Part shown: positions 16,823-25,334 of the stretch, one piece after another | Position numbering within the stretch: position 1 is the first letter of the stretch | Layout of the letters: each line of letters starts with the position of its first letter | Source of the DNA: an uncultured Candidatus Saccharibacteria bacterium | GTDB taxonomy: Bacteria > Patescibacteriota > Minisyncoccia > UBA6257 > 2-01-FULL-56-20 | Assembly: GCA_964639165.1 (NCBI GenBank) | Contig: CAZXCH010000001.1 | Location: 1-34,969 of the forward strand | Direction: 5' to 3' | DNA: 34,969 nucleotides | The notes under the pieces: model-generated | What the model was told of the DNA's origin: nothing | What the model saw: only the letters and a program-made list of their open reading frames with translations | Databases searched by the model: none | Position numbers and translations under genes: made by a program

Positions 16823-17005
16823 TTATTCTATCGGGTCTGCGGAATCGCCCGCGTCATCGTCTGCCGGAGTGCCGAGATCCGCATCGTCTTCGTCCAGATC
16901 GTCGTCATCAAGATCTCCCGGGGCATCAACGACGGTCGGATCTTCATCGTCCTCATCGCTTAATCCGCGAAACGCGAGTTGTAATGGAAATAATTCAGTC
17001 AACAT
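16823..17005 (-). CDS. possible 60-aa highly acidic protein
   Basis: MLTELFPLQLAFRGLSDEDDEDPTVVDAPGDLDDDDLDEDDADLGTPADDDAGDSADPIE. It lies between ruvC and a strong terminator. Composition alone cannot prove that it is coding. Confidence 0.4.
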   Translation of the reverse strand: MLTELFPLQLAFRGLSDEDDEDPTVVDAPGDLDDDDLDEDDADLGTPADDDAGDSADPIE

Positions 17006-17053
17006 GGTTACCAATAATTAACGACCTTTTTTATTTTCAACCAGTATATTGTA

Positions 17054-17536
17054 TCATCGCGCACTGTCAAGCAAGCGGTCGCCTGTGGATAAAATAGCGA
17101 GCGCGAGCGCGTCGCTTGCGTCGTCGATGAGCGCGAGGTCGGGCTTGCCCAAGATAAGGCGCACCATCTTAAGCACCGCTTTTTTATCCGCCATACCATA
17201 TCCCGCCACGCCAGCCTTCACTTCGTTCGGCGTGTATTCTTTTATACGAACACCGCGCTCTTTAGTTGCAAGAAGAATGACGCCGCGCGCCTGCGCTACC
17301 GCGAGCGCGGTCTTGGTGTTTTTGGAAAAGAAGAGCTTTTCGATCGCCACCACGTCCGGCTTGTGCTTTTTTATGAGGGCATCGATCCCTTTTTTCGTCT
17401 CCTCAAGAGCGGGCACGTCGTCGAAGGATTTTATAGCAAGGATGCCCGCGGTCACGTACGTTATGGCCGGACCATTGCATTCAACCACGCCATATCCTAT
17501 CCGCCGGGTTCCCGGATCGATGCCGAGCGCGATCAT
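17054..17536 (-). CDS. ruvC: Holliday junction resolvase RuvC
   Basis: The N-terminus MIALGIDPGTRRIGYGVVE and the 160-aa length fit RuvC. The start overlaps the yebC stop (ATGA). Confidence 0.9.
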   Translation of the reverse strand: MIALGIDPGTRRIGYGVVECNGPAITYVTAGILAIKSFDDVPALEETKKGIDALIKKHKPDVVAIEKLFFSKNTKTALAVAQARGVILLATKERGVRIKEYTPNEVKAGVAGYGMADKKAVLKMVRLILGKPDLALIDDASDALALAILSTGDRLLDSAR

Positions 17537-18066
17537 GAGAAGTTGATATTACTGTATACGGCTTGGACGTCGTCGCTCTCTACGAGCGCATAAAGGAGGC
17601 CCACGAGCTTTTCCTTCTCCTCGTCCGGGATATCCTGCGGGAACTTCGCGGTCCATTCGCCCGCAGCCAATTCGAACGCCCACTGGACGCTTCCGGATTC
17701 GGCCCATTTACCGTTGTGATCACGCAGAACGGTTTTTACTTCCTGCACGGTGCGGTTGCGATTATCGCTCAAGGCGGTGATGAGTATCGCCGCGCCGCCC
17801 GGGCCATATGCTTCATACAACAATTCCTCCAACTCTTCTGCCGGATCCGCAGCGCGCTTGATTGCCCGGTCGATCGTGTCCGCCGGCACGCCCGCCTCGC
17901 GCGCTTTTGCGACCGCCGTGCGGAGCCGCGGATTGAAATCAGGGTTCGGTTCGGTGTGCGCCGCCGCCGAGATCAACTTGAGCGATTTTGAAAATATCTT
18001 TGCCCGTTTCTTGTCGGTGATCTCTTTTTTGTGTTTTATTCCCGCCCAGTGCGAATGTCCTGACAT
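17533..18066 (-). CDS. yebC: YebC/PmpR-family transcriptional regulator
   Basis: The conserved N-terminus MSGHSHWAGIKHKK sets the start at 18066, so the ORF-track extension to 18117 was rejected. TATAAT (minus strand) lies 9 nt upstream. Confidence 0.85.
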   Translation of the reverse strand: MSGHSHWAGIKHKKEITDKKRAKIFSKSLKLISAAAHTEPNPDFNPRLRTAVAKAREAGVPADTIDRAIKRAADPAEELEELLYEAYGPGGAAILITALSDNRNRTVQEVKTVLRDHNGKWAESGSVQWAFELAAGEWTAKFPQDIPDEEKEKLVGLLYALVESDDVQAVYSNINFS

Positions 18067-18067
18067 A

Positions 18068-18096
18068 TTGCTTGCATTATATCGGCGCGGTATCAT
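18068..18096 (+). promoter_or_regulatory. pilB-type ATPase promoter
   Basis: TTGCTT-17 nt-TATCAT, then 8 nt to ATG 18105. It overlaps the divergent yebC -10 element. Confidence 0.5.
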
Positions 18097-18104
18097 CAAA
18101 GCAA

Positions 18105-19781
18105 ATGCTCGACGCACCTCAAAAAGACCTTACCGAGAAGCTCGCAAAACTGCGGCGTGACGGGGAAGAGCGTGCCGCCGAGCGGCTCGCCGAGAAGCTG
18201 GGGCTTTCGTATGTGGACCTGGCGAAGATCCCCGTATCACTCGATGCGGTAAGGATATTGCCGGAGACCGAGGCGAAGGACGCGAAGGTGGCCGCCATCG
18301 AGCTGAAAGCGAAAAAAGTAGCGCTCGCGGCAATCAACCCCGAGCTTCCCGCCACAAAAAAAGCGCTCGAAGAACTCGTCGGAAAAAAGTATGAGGTGAA
18401 AGTCGTTGTGGTTTCCCCGTCAAGTATGGAGGCCGCATGGCGCTTTTATCAATTCGTGAAACCGGAAACGGGAAATATCACGGGAAAGGTGGAGATACCT
18501 CAAGAGCGCCTCGACGCATTAAAGGCAAAACTGGTGACGATCGATGCGGTCCATAAGGAGATCGGTGCGCTCCCGCTCGCGAATGTTTCTCCGGTAGCGT
18601 TGATTGAGATCATCCTGGCGGGCGCGATGGGCTTGCGTGCGTCGGATATTCACACCGAGGCGGAAGAGAAGAAAGCGAAGATCCGTTTCCGCATCGACGG
18701 GTTGCTGCACGACATGTTCGACGAGATCCCGCTCGATGCGTATCACACGTTCGTGTCGCGCATCAAACTTCTTTCCGAGATGAAGTTGAACGTTCGCGAC
18801 GCGGCGCAGGACGGCCGCTTCACGATCGGGCTTGGGCAAAAAGATATCGAGATGCGCGTATCCGTGATCCCGGCGGAGTTCGGCGAAACGATCGTCATGA
18901 GAATTCTTGACCCGTCCGCGACGATGGTGACACTGCCGCAGCTTGGGCTTCGTGCGGACAACCTCGCTCTTGTTATGAAGAAAATATCCCAACCGAACGG
19001 GTTGATATTGAACACCGGCCCGACGGGTTCCGGAAAAACAACGACACTCTACGCATTCCTGCGCACCATGAACGATCCGACGATGAAGATCATCACCCTG
19101 GAGGATCCGATCGAGTATCGCATTGATGGTATTGAACAGACACAGATCGACGAGGAGGCGGGATATACCTTTGGCAACGGCTTGCGGGCCATCGTGCGGC
19201 AGGATCCGGATGTGATCCTTGTCGGCGAGGTACGTGACCTTGAGACGGCGGACATCGCGCTCGAAGCGGCGCTCACGGGGCACTTGGTGTTATCCACGCT
19301 TCACACGAACGATGCCGTGGGAGCCGTGCCGCGTTTGATCAATCTTGGCGTGAAGGCGGTGAGCATCGGGCCGGCGCTTTCGCTCGCGATAGCGCAACGT
19401 CTCGTGCGCGTGTTGTGCAAGGAGTGTAAAAAGGAGGCTCCGGTGGATGGACCGACAGCGGAGAAGATAACCAAACTCCTCGCCGCGCTGCCGGCGAAGG
19501 TGGATAAAAAAGTTTATGACGGCTATAAGATCTACGCGCCGGTGGGCTGCGAGAAATGCAATGGCATCGGATACAAAGGTCGCGTCGGTGTATTTGAGTT
19601 TTTAGAAGGCGGCCCGGATTTGGAGAAGACGATTTTGCGCGAGGCATCGGAGGTCTCGCTTCGCGAGGTTGCGCAGCGGCAGGAGATGGTCACTATGCAG
19701 CAGGACGGCATCCTGAAAGTACTCGAAGGGAAGACGACGTTTGATGAAGTGACGGGAGCCACCGGAGACTTGGTGTGGTAA
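18105..19781 (+). CDS. pilB: GspE/PilB-family type II secretion / type IV pilus assembly ATPase
   Basis: Walker A is GPTGSGKTTT, Walker B is ILVGEVRD and the His box is LSTLHTNDA. A tetracysteine motif reads CKEC...CEKC. The start was chosen at ATG 18105 rather than the ORF-track position 18072, based on promoter geometry. Confidence 0.85.
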   Translation: MLDAPQKDLTEKLAKLRRDGEERAAERLAEKLGLSYVDLAKIPVSLDAVRILPETEAKDAKVAAIELKAKKVALAAINPELPATKKALEELVGKKYEVKVVVVSPSSMEAAWRFYQFVKPETGNITGKVEIPQERLDALKAKLVTIDAVHKEIGALPLANVSPVALIEIILAGAMGLRASDIHTEAEEKKAKIRFRIDGLLHDMFDEIPLDAYHTFVSRIKLLSEMKLNVRDAAQDGRFTIGLGQKDIEMRVSVIPAEFGETIVMRILDPSATMVTLPQLGLRADNLALVMKKISQPNGLILNTGPTGSGKTTTLYAFLRTMNDPTMKIITLEDPIEYRIDGIEQTQIDEEAGYTFGNGLRAIVRQDPDVILVGEVRDLETADIALEAALTGHLVLSTLHTNDAVGAVPRLINLGVKAVSIGPALSLAIAQRLVRVLCKECKKEAPVDGPTAEKITKLLAALPAKVDKKVYDGYKIYAPVGCEKCNGIGYKGRVGVFEFLEGGPDLEKTILREASEVSLREVAQRQEMVTMQQDGILKVLEGKTTFDEVTGATGDLVW

Positions 19782-19847
19782 TAGTGTTTCGTATTCTCGG
19801 CTCCAAGCAGATGACCGTTCGCCGCGAATACGAAACACCATTACCAC
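19775..19847 (+). repeat. 26-bp hairpin (2 mismatches) with a 19-nt loop (conserved-loop hairpin, copy 2)
   Basis: 19775-19796 pairs with 19826-19847 with 1 mismatch, and 19798-19801 pairs with 19821-19824. The loop is TCCAAGCAGATGACCGTTC (19802-19820). The hairpin overlaps the pilB stop codon. Confidence 0.9.
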
Positions 19848-19878
19848 GGTTGTTCTTTAAAAAGGGAAAGAAGAAGAT

Positions 19879-19907
19879 AAAAAAATAAGCGCGGACGCTT
19901 ATTTTTC
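19879..19907. terminator. bidirectional intrinsic terminator
   Basis: AAAAAAATAAGCG-cgga-CGCTTATTTTT, with 7 T on the minus strand and 5 T on the plus strand. Confidence 0.75.
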
Positions 19908-20128
19908 AAGATTGAAAGTAGTAAACTCAGACCTGGGGGCAATTCCTCGCGAAAGGATAATGATCTCTTCTATCTAATGATAAAAGAGGCTAGAATTACT
20001 CAAAGGATATAACCAGCCGGAACCGGTTAGTCCTGTAGTTTTTAGAAATAACTCCCGCCCCCAGATCTGAATCAGCTACTTTTAATGAACATCGGTTAAC
20101 TTGCCAGCAGCCCATATTTATTGAGCAC
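19879..20128 (-). ncRNA. candidate ~250-nt orphan transcript (structured sRNA or small-ORF mRNA)
   Basis: A minus-strand promoter at 20135-20163 and the terminator at 19879-19907 bracket a region with no conserved gene. Inside it, a 14-bp helix (13/14 paired) joins 19927-19940 to 20057-20070. Confidence 0.35.
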
Positions 20129-20134
20129 TGAGAT

Positions 20135-20163
20135 ATGTTAGCATATAGAATATTATTTGTCAA
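20135..20163 (-). promoter_or_regulatory. sigma70-type promoter reading away from ruvB
   Basis: The minus strand reads TTGACA-17 nt-TAACAT. Confidence 0.5.
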
Positions 20164-20198
20164 GCCCCAGCTTATCCCCACATAATCCACACTCGCCC

Positions 20199-21212
20199 AT
20201 GCCAAAAACACCCCCGCCAATCAATAATTCGGCCAATAAAGAGGATTCGAATATCGATCTTACTCTTCGGCCCACCGAGTGGGATGAGTATATCGGCCAA
20301 GAGAAGATAAAAGATAATTTAAAAACACTCTTGAGCGCCGCAAAGAAGCGCGGCGAGTCCGCAGACCATCTTTTATTCTCCGGTCCTGCGGGGTTGGGGA
20401 AGACGACGCTCGCGTATCTTGTCGCGCGTGAACTTGGCGGATTGATCAAAACCACTTCCGGTCCCGCTTTGGAAAAGGCAGGCGACCTCGCTGCGGTACT
20501 TACCAATCTAACGCCCGGCGAAATATTATTCATTGATGAAGCGCATCGCATCAATCCGATGATCGAAGAGGTGTTATATCCGGCGATGGAGGCGCGGAAG
20601 TTGCACCTCGTCGTCGGCAAGGGGCCGTCCGCGCGGACGCTTTCTCTCGATCTTCCGCCGTTCACGCTGATCGCGGCGACTACGCGCGAGAATTTACTTT
20701 CGCAGCCGTTGCGCTCGCGCTTCGGCGCGACCCTTCGCCTCGGCTATTACACGCCGGAGGATATCAAGAAAATATTAAAACGCTCAGCGGCGATCTTGGG
20801 CGTGGAGGCAACGCCGGAGGCGATCGATATTCTCTCTCGTGCGTCGCGTGGGACGCCGCGCGTTGCGAACCGGCTGTTGCGCCGCGCCCGCGACTTTGCC
20901 GAAGTGCACCGGGAGAGCGTGATTGACGAAGACGCCGCGCGTAAAACGCTTGCGATGCTTGAGATCGACGAGGTGGGGCTCGAGCCACAAGACCGTGAGC
21001 TCCTCATGACGATCATTGAGAAGTTCCATGGCGGACCCGTCGGCATCAACACCATCGCTGCGGCACTTGCGCAGGACCGCGGCGCCATTGAAGATATCTA
21101 CGAGCCATATTTGATGACGCTCGGCTTTCTCCAGCGCTCGTCCGCCGGGCGCATCGTGTTGCCCGCGGCATATCGGCATTTAAAAATAAAAGGATACGAG
21201 GAGTTGTTATAG
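20199..21212 (+). CDS. ruvB: Holliday junction branch-migration helicase RuvB
   Basis: LRPTEWDEYIGQE, Walker A GPAGLGKTTLA and Walker B ILFIDEAHR. ATG 20199 was preferred over the TTG at 20157 used by the ORF track. Confidence 0.9.
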   Translation: MPKTPPPINNSANKEDSNIDLTLRPTEWDEYIGQEKIKDNLKTLLSAAKKRGESADHLLFSGPAGLGKTTLAYLVARELGGLIKTTSGPALEKAGDLAAVLTNLTPGEILFIDEAHRINPMIEEVLYPAMEARKLHLVVGKGPSARTLSLDLPPFTLIAATTRENLLSQPLRSRFGATLRLGYYTPEDIKKILKRSAAILGVEATPEAIDILSRASRGTPRVANRLLRRARDFAEVHRESVIDEDAARKTLAMLEIDEVGLEPQDRELLMTIIEKFHGGPVGINTIAAALAQDRGAIEDIYEPYLMTLGFLQRSSAGRIVLPAAYRHLKIKGYEELL

Positions 21213-21288
21213 GAGAGGAGGCCATTGTGTGTTTTGAACACCCCCTTTTTATAAATAAAAATGCCGGGGCGCTTATTGCGTCCAGGCA

Positions 21289-21834
21289 TCACTTGATAAG
21301 GTGGCTTACTACCCAGAGCCCTACGGGGAAAAGCACAAATTGTTGGAGACTGAAATGAAACACGGAATGGGGGAACCAAATTCCTCGCCGAACCTCGCGA
21401 AATTTCTTATGATACCCCCCAAAGAGAAGAAGTATTCCGCAGAGAATGATTAGTCCCCAGACAACCTCCACGCGATCTTCCACAAAAGCCCTGGCGATCC
21501 CGACGGCGAGTATGCCGACAACTCCGAAGTACATTGCACGGTTCATCTCGGGGCCTAAGAGATCTGATGGATCCCTAAGAAAGAACTTTTCCATCAGGCG
21601 TTCGGTGACGACGATTGCCAGTGCGGTCGTGACGCAATCGACCAACATAGCAGTGACCACCAGGTTGTGATAGCTGCCACTCGTGAGCCCCTTCGCGCCG
21701 AAGATTTGCTTACAGAGCACGAGTAGGGTGGCGGCGAATACAGTCTGAACAATGAGGGCCGCGCCGGTGTTAACGAGTATCGTTGATAGGATCCCCAGCT
21801 TCTTTTGGGGAACAGCCACGCGAGTTTTTTTCAT
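21289..21834 (-). CDS. integral membrane protein of unknown function
   Basis: 181 aa with about 5 TM helices. A strong SD (GGAGGGAGA) lies 5 nt upstream of ATG 21834, and the ORF-track extension was trimmed. Confidence 0.6.
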   Translation of the reverse strand: MKKTRVAVPQKKLGILSTILVNTGAALIVQTVFAATLLVLCKQIFGAKGLTSGSYHNLVVTAMLVDCVTTALAIVVTERLMEKFFLRDPSDLLGPEMNRAMYFGVVGILAVGIARAFVEDRVEVVWGLIILCGILLLFGGYHKKFREVRRGIWFPHSVFHFSLQQFVLFPVGLWVVSHLIK

Positions 21835-21927
21835 CGAGGTCTCCCTCCTCAAAACTGTTGGAATTATAAATAAATATTTTAAAAAAGTCAAACATCCCAT
21901 CTTTAATTTTAGACATTTTTAATTTCC

Positions 21928-22521
21928 ATGCATTATCCTTCGGGTGTGATTTATATCAACGAGTGGCTTCCAAACCCGGTAGGTAATGACGCTGCCGGGG
22001 AATTTATAGAGCTCTATAACAGCGGCGCGGCAAGCGCGAGTCTTGACGGCTACGCATTGGGCGTTGGAGTCAAAAAAGCATTTTCCCTCGCCGGCTATAG
22101 TATCCCGCCTGGTGGTTATCTTATTCTAAAAAAGACGCAGGATAAGCTGTCTTTGAAAAACACCGACGGGGCAGTATTGTTATATGGTCCGGGTGGGCAG
22201 CTGGCGGATAGCGCAAATTTTGTCGGCGCGGCGCCGGAAGGGAAGAGCTTCTCGCGCATGGATTACGGTACGGCGCCAATCGCACACTTCGCGTTCGAGT
22301 ATCCTACGCCCGGCGCGGTGAACAAAAAAGTGGACACGACGGTTCACGTGAACAGTTATCCATTCGGCGTTCCGCTTGCGCCGCAACTTTCGCCCGGAGG
22401 GTTTATCGTGCTTATGTTCGGCGTCGCATCGTTCTTTCTGGTATTCTTTATCTATGTCATCCAAAAAAATAGAAACATATCGGACTTTTTCTTCGGAGGA
22501 GACGAAAAAAGTGGGCTATGA
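21928..22521 (+). CDS. lamin-tail-domain (LTD) protein with a C-terminal TM anchor
   Basis: INEWLPNPVGNDAAGEFIELYNSGAASASLDGYAL matches the LTD signature. A hydrophobic helix ([20 protein letters not shown]) lies near the C-terminus. Confidence 0.7.
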   Translation: MHYPSGVIYINEWLPNPVGNDAAGEFIELYNSGAASASLDGYALGVGVKKAFSLAGYSIPPGGYLILKKTQDKLSLKNTDGAVLLYGPGGQLADSANFVGAAPEGKSFSRMDYGTAPIAHFAFEYPTPGAVNKKVDTTVHVNSYPFGVPLAPQLSPGGFIVLMFGVASFFLVFFIYVIQKNRNISDFFFGGDEKSGL

Positions 22522-22945
22522 TGTTGCGCGGGCGCTCACGAAAAAGGCGGCTGGAAATAAGTGCGCCACGGTGTTTGCCCTTCAGGGCGATCTTGGGGCA
22601 GGGAAGACCACGTTCGTGCAAGGGTTTTTAAAAGGCCTTGGATCAAAGACGCGCGTCACGAGCCCGACGTTCATTCTGATGCGCCGGCATAAACTACCGG
22701 GCCAAAAGATCAAAAACGTTTTTCATATTGATGCGTATCGCCTAAAGAAGCCGGAACATCTTGAGCCTCTGGAACTCGATGTCATCCTCAACGGTCCGCG
22801 CAACGTGGTGTTAATAGAATGGCCGGAGCAGGCGAAGCGGTTTCTCCCGAAGGATACCGTGCGGCTGCAATTCAAACACGGGAAAAAAGAGAATGAGAGG
22901 ACTATTTCAATAACGCGTCCGGCGTCAATCATCGGCGTAAAATAG
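22454..22945 (+). CDS. tsaE: tRNA t6A37 biosynthesis ATPase TsaE
   Basis: P-loop [13 protein letters not shown] preceded by [13 protein letters not shown], as in YjeE/TsaE. The start at ATG 22454 gives a 68-nt overlap with the LTD gene. Confidence 0.8.
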   Translation: MSSKKIETYRTFSSEETKKVGYDVARALTKKAAGNKCATVFALQGDLGAGKTTFVQGFLKGLGSKTRVTSPTFILMRRHKLPGQKIKNVFHIDAYRLKKPEHLEPLELDVILNGPRNVVLIEWPEQAKRFLPKDTVRLQFKHGKKENERTISITRPASIIGVK

Positions 22946-22946
22946 C

Positions 22947-23915
22947 ATGAAAAAATTATTACTGATCGACGCGAACTCGATCATCCACCGGTCGTTCCAT
23001 GCGTTGCCGCCATTCACTACGCCGGAGGGAAAGCCATCAGGCGCCATCTATGGGCTCGCGAGCATTCTGTTGAAGTTGTGGCGTGAGGAGCGGCCGGATT
23101 ACGCCGCTGCGCTTTTTGATCGGCCGGAACCTACGTTCCGCGATGAGAAATATGCGGAGTACAAAGCGCAGCGCCCACCGACGGCCGATGAGCTGATTTC
23201 GCAGTTGATAGAGGCGCATAAATTATTTGAAGCGTTCGGGATAAAAACATTCGAGAAGCCCGGCTACGAAGCGGACGATTTGATTGCCACGCTCGCGGAA
23301 AAATTCAAAACATTGCCCGATGTGCAGGTGGTCATTTTGACGGGCGATCGCGACACGTTGCAGATGGTGGAAGGGGACAAGCTCGTCGTGCAGACATTCA
23401 ACAAAGGAGTGAGCGATACGACGATCTATAACGAGACTGCGGTGATAGAGAAATATGGTATCGCGCCAAAGCAGATGGTGGACTACAAAGCGCTTGTCGG
23501 TGATTCGTCCGATAACATCAAAGGCGTGCCCGGTGTTGGACCGAAGACGGCGCTTGAACTGATAAAAAGATTCGGTACCGTAAGGGAGATGTATGAACGG
23601 CTGGACGCTGCGGCTGCGGATGATGACGCGGAAGTGAAAAAAATGCGCGACCGGTTCGGCTCGTTCAAAAAAGAGGCGGAGCTTTCGGAAATGTTGGTGA
23701 CGCTTGAGCGCCATGCGCCGATAGAAATTCCGGCCGATATCGCCGTGCTGGCTCCCGCCGAAGGCACCGGCACCGCCGCGGCATATTTTGAGAAAATGGG
23801 ATTTGCGACATTGCTCAAGCGGCTCATTATGCCGGGAGCAGACGAAAAGCCGGAACCGAAGGCAAAAAGTAAAGCGGCGGCGAAACATCACGATGCGCAG
23901 ACGCCGCTTTTTTAA
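22947..23915 (+). CDS. stand-alone 5'-3' exonuclease (Pol I N-terminal / FEN domain)
   Basis: Motifs LLLIDANSIIHRSFHA, GYEADDLIATLA, GDRDTLQ and GDSSDNIKGVPGVGPKTA. No polymerase domain follows. Confidence 0.85.
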   Translation: MKKLLLIDANSIIHRSFHALPPFTTPEGKPSGAIYGLASILLKLWREERPDYAAALFDRPEPTFRDEKYAEYKAQRPPTADELISQLIEAHKLFEAFGIKTFEKPGYEADDLIATLAEKFKTLPDVQVVILTGDRDTLQMVEGDKLVVQTFNKGVSDTTIYNETAVIEKYGIAPKQMVDYKALVGDSSDNIKGVPGVGPKTALELIKRFGTVREMYERLDAAAADDDAEVKKMRDRFGSFKKEAELSEMLVTLERHAPIEIPADIAVLAPAEGTGTAAAYFEKMGFATLLKRLIMPGADEKPEPKAKSKAAAKHHDAQTPLF

Positions 23916-23957
23916 AAAGCCGCGCAAAGGCCGCCGTGATGCTATAATAAAGAGAAA

Positions 23958-25292
23958 TTGAAGAATCAAACCTCCAAAATAAAAGACGTCATCCTATGGC
24001 CTGAGTTTCAGGTGATATGGGTAATGCTCGCGATCGTCATCGTGGAGTTCATTTTTGACTTCAATGTTTCCGGATCGTGGGTTTTACTCGTGAATGGCGG
24101 ATTGCTCGTGATCGTCTTTGCGCTGTCCGCGGTGAGCGTGTACCGTTCGGCGCGCACCGAGCGGGATACAAGCGTTGAACGCAGCGAGCTGAACAGCATC
24201 CTCGCCAGCCTTAGCGACGGGCTTATCGTCTACGAAACGGATTTTCGCGTGATATTTTTCAATCCCGCCGCGGAGCGCATTTTTAAACTTGACGCGAAGA
24301 CGGTGATCGGCCACGTTTTTTCCCCGCGCGACGTGGAGCGCGAAGGATGGCGCACGCTCATCCAGATCGTCTTCCCTTCGCTCGCACCACGCGTCGTCCC
24401 TCGCACGAAAGAGAATGAATATCCGCAGGTGGTTGATATCTCATTCACCGATCCGCCATTCGAATTTCGCGTGACAACCGCACCGGTGACGGACGAGAAC
24501 GGCAAGCCGCTCGGTTTTATGAAGATCATCCGTGACCGCACTTCGCAGATACTCGCGTTGCGGTCAAAGAGCGAATTTGTGACCGTTGCCTCGCACCAGT
24601 TGCGCGGGCCGGTGACGGACATCAGCTGGGCGTTGCAATCGCTTGATAACGCGACCGGACTGGATGACACGAATAAGGCGATTCTCGCAAACGCGCGCGG
24701 CGCGAGCGATAGCCTTCTTCGCCGCATCGAAGACCTGCTCAATATCGCGAAGATGGAGGATGGTCAGTTCGGATACAAATTTGAGGATACGGATATTGCG
24801 GAGTTCATTGCGAAGACGCTCGCGGATGTTTTGCCGGCTGCGCAAAAAGCGGGTATCAAGATCTATTTCGACCGGCCGCAGGACGATCTGCCGCATGTGT
24901 TCATCGACCCCAAGAGGTTGTCTATTGCGATCACGAACCTCCTGGAGAACGCTATCCGCTACAACGTGGAGAATGGCGAGGTGACGGTCAAAGTGGACAA
25001 GATGCAGGACAAGCCGTTCGTGGTGGTGAGCGTGAAAGATACCGGCATCGGCATACCGCCCGAATCCGTGGAGAAGTTGTTCAACAAGTTCTACCGTGCC
25101 GATAATGCCATGAAGCTTCAAACCGAAGGCTCCGGCCTCGGTCTCTATATATCAAAAGGCATTGTGAATGCCCACGGAGGCCAAATTTGGGCAGAATCCG
25201 AGCTCAATCGCGGCACCACCATCTCTTTTGCGTTGCCGACAGACCCGAATTTGGTGCCAAAAAACGAGGTGGGAGCGGAAGACTTGTTCTAG
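23958..25292 (+). CDS. membrane sensor histidine kinase (PAS + HisKA + HATPase_c), no adjacent response regulator
   Basis: H-box VASHQLRGPVT, N-box LLENAIRYN, G1 DTGIGI and G2 GSGLGLYI. The start is uncertain: the ORF-track start is a TTG 9 nt after TATAAT 23943-23948. Confidence 0.8.
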   Translation: MKNQTSKIKDVILWPEFQVIWVMLAIVIVEFIFDFNVSGSWVLLVNGGLLVIVFALSAVSVYRSARTERDTSVERSELNSILASLSDGLIVYETDFRVIFFNPAAERIFKLDAKTVIGHVFSPRDVEREGWRTLIQIVFPSLAPRVVPRTKENEYPQVVDISFTDPPFEFRVTTAPVTDENGKPLGFMKIIRDRTSQILALRSKSEFVTVASHQLRGPVTDISWALQSLDNATGLDDTNKAILANARGASDSLLRRIEDLLNIAKMEDGQFGYKFEDTDIAEFIAKTLADVLPAAQKAGIKIYFDRPQDDLPHVFIDPKRLSIAITNLLENAIRYNVENGEVTVKVDKMQDKPFVVVSVKDTGIGIPPESVEKLFNKFYRADNAMKLQTEGSGLGLYISKGIVNAHGGQIWAESELNRGTTISFALPTDPNLVPKNEVGAEDLF

Positions 25293-25296
25293 GCGT

Positions 25297-25324
25297 TTGC
25301 CTTGCTTTCGGTTTCACGTATAAT
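25297..25324 (+). promoter_or_regulatory. pyrG promoter
   Basis: TTGCCT-16 nt-TATAAT, then 10 nt to ATG 25335. Confidence 0.5.
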
Positions 25325-25334
25325 GATATGCGAA

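Noticed and set aside
17084-17092. A perfect DnaA box (TGTGGATAA) inside the 3' part of ruvC.
   Set aside because: It is a single 9-mer. About 0.3 perfect hits are expected by chance in 35 kb on both strands, it lies in coding DNA and it has no neighbouring boxes.
16792-17097. Plus-strand Arg/Ser-rich ORFs (16792-17097 and 16806-17021) overlapping the acidic minus-strand ORF.
   Set aside because: They are complement-frame artefacts of GAC/GAT/GAA-rich sequence. They run across the terminator hairpin and into ruvC on the wrong strand.
19927-20070. Tested the structured gap element as tmRNA (the minus strand contains GCTGATTC), SRP RNA, 6S RNA or RNase P RNA.
   Set aside because: There is no tRNA-like T-arm or acceptor end, no SRP domain IV motif (GGAA-capped helix with AGCA) and no RNase P P4 motif. 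The ends pair, but the interior does not form the single long 6S-type helix.
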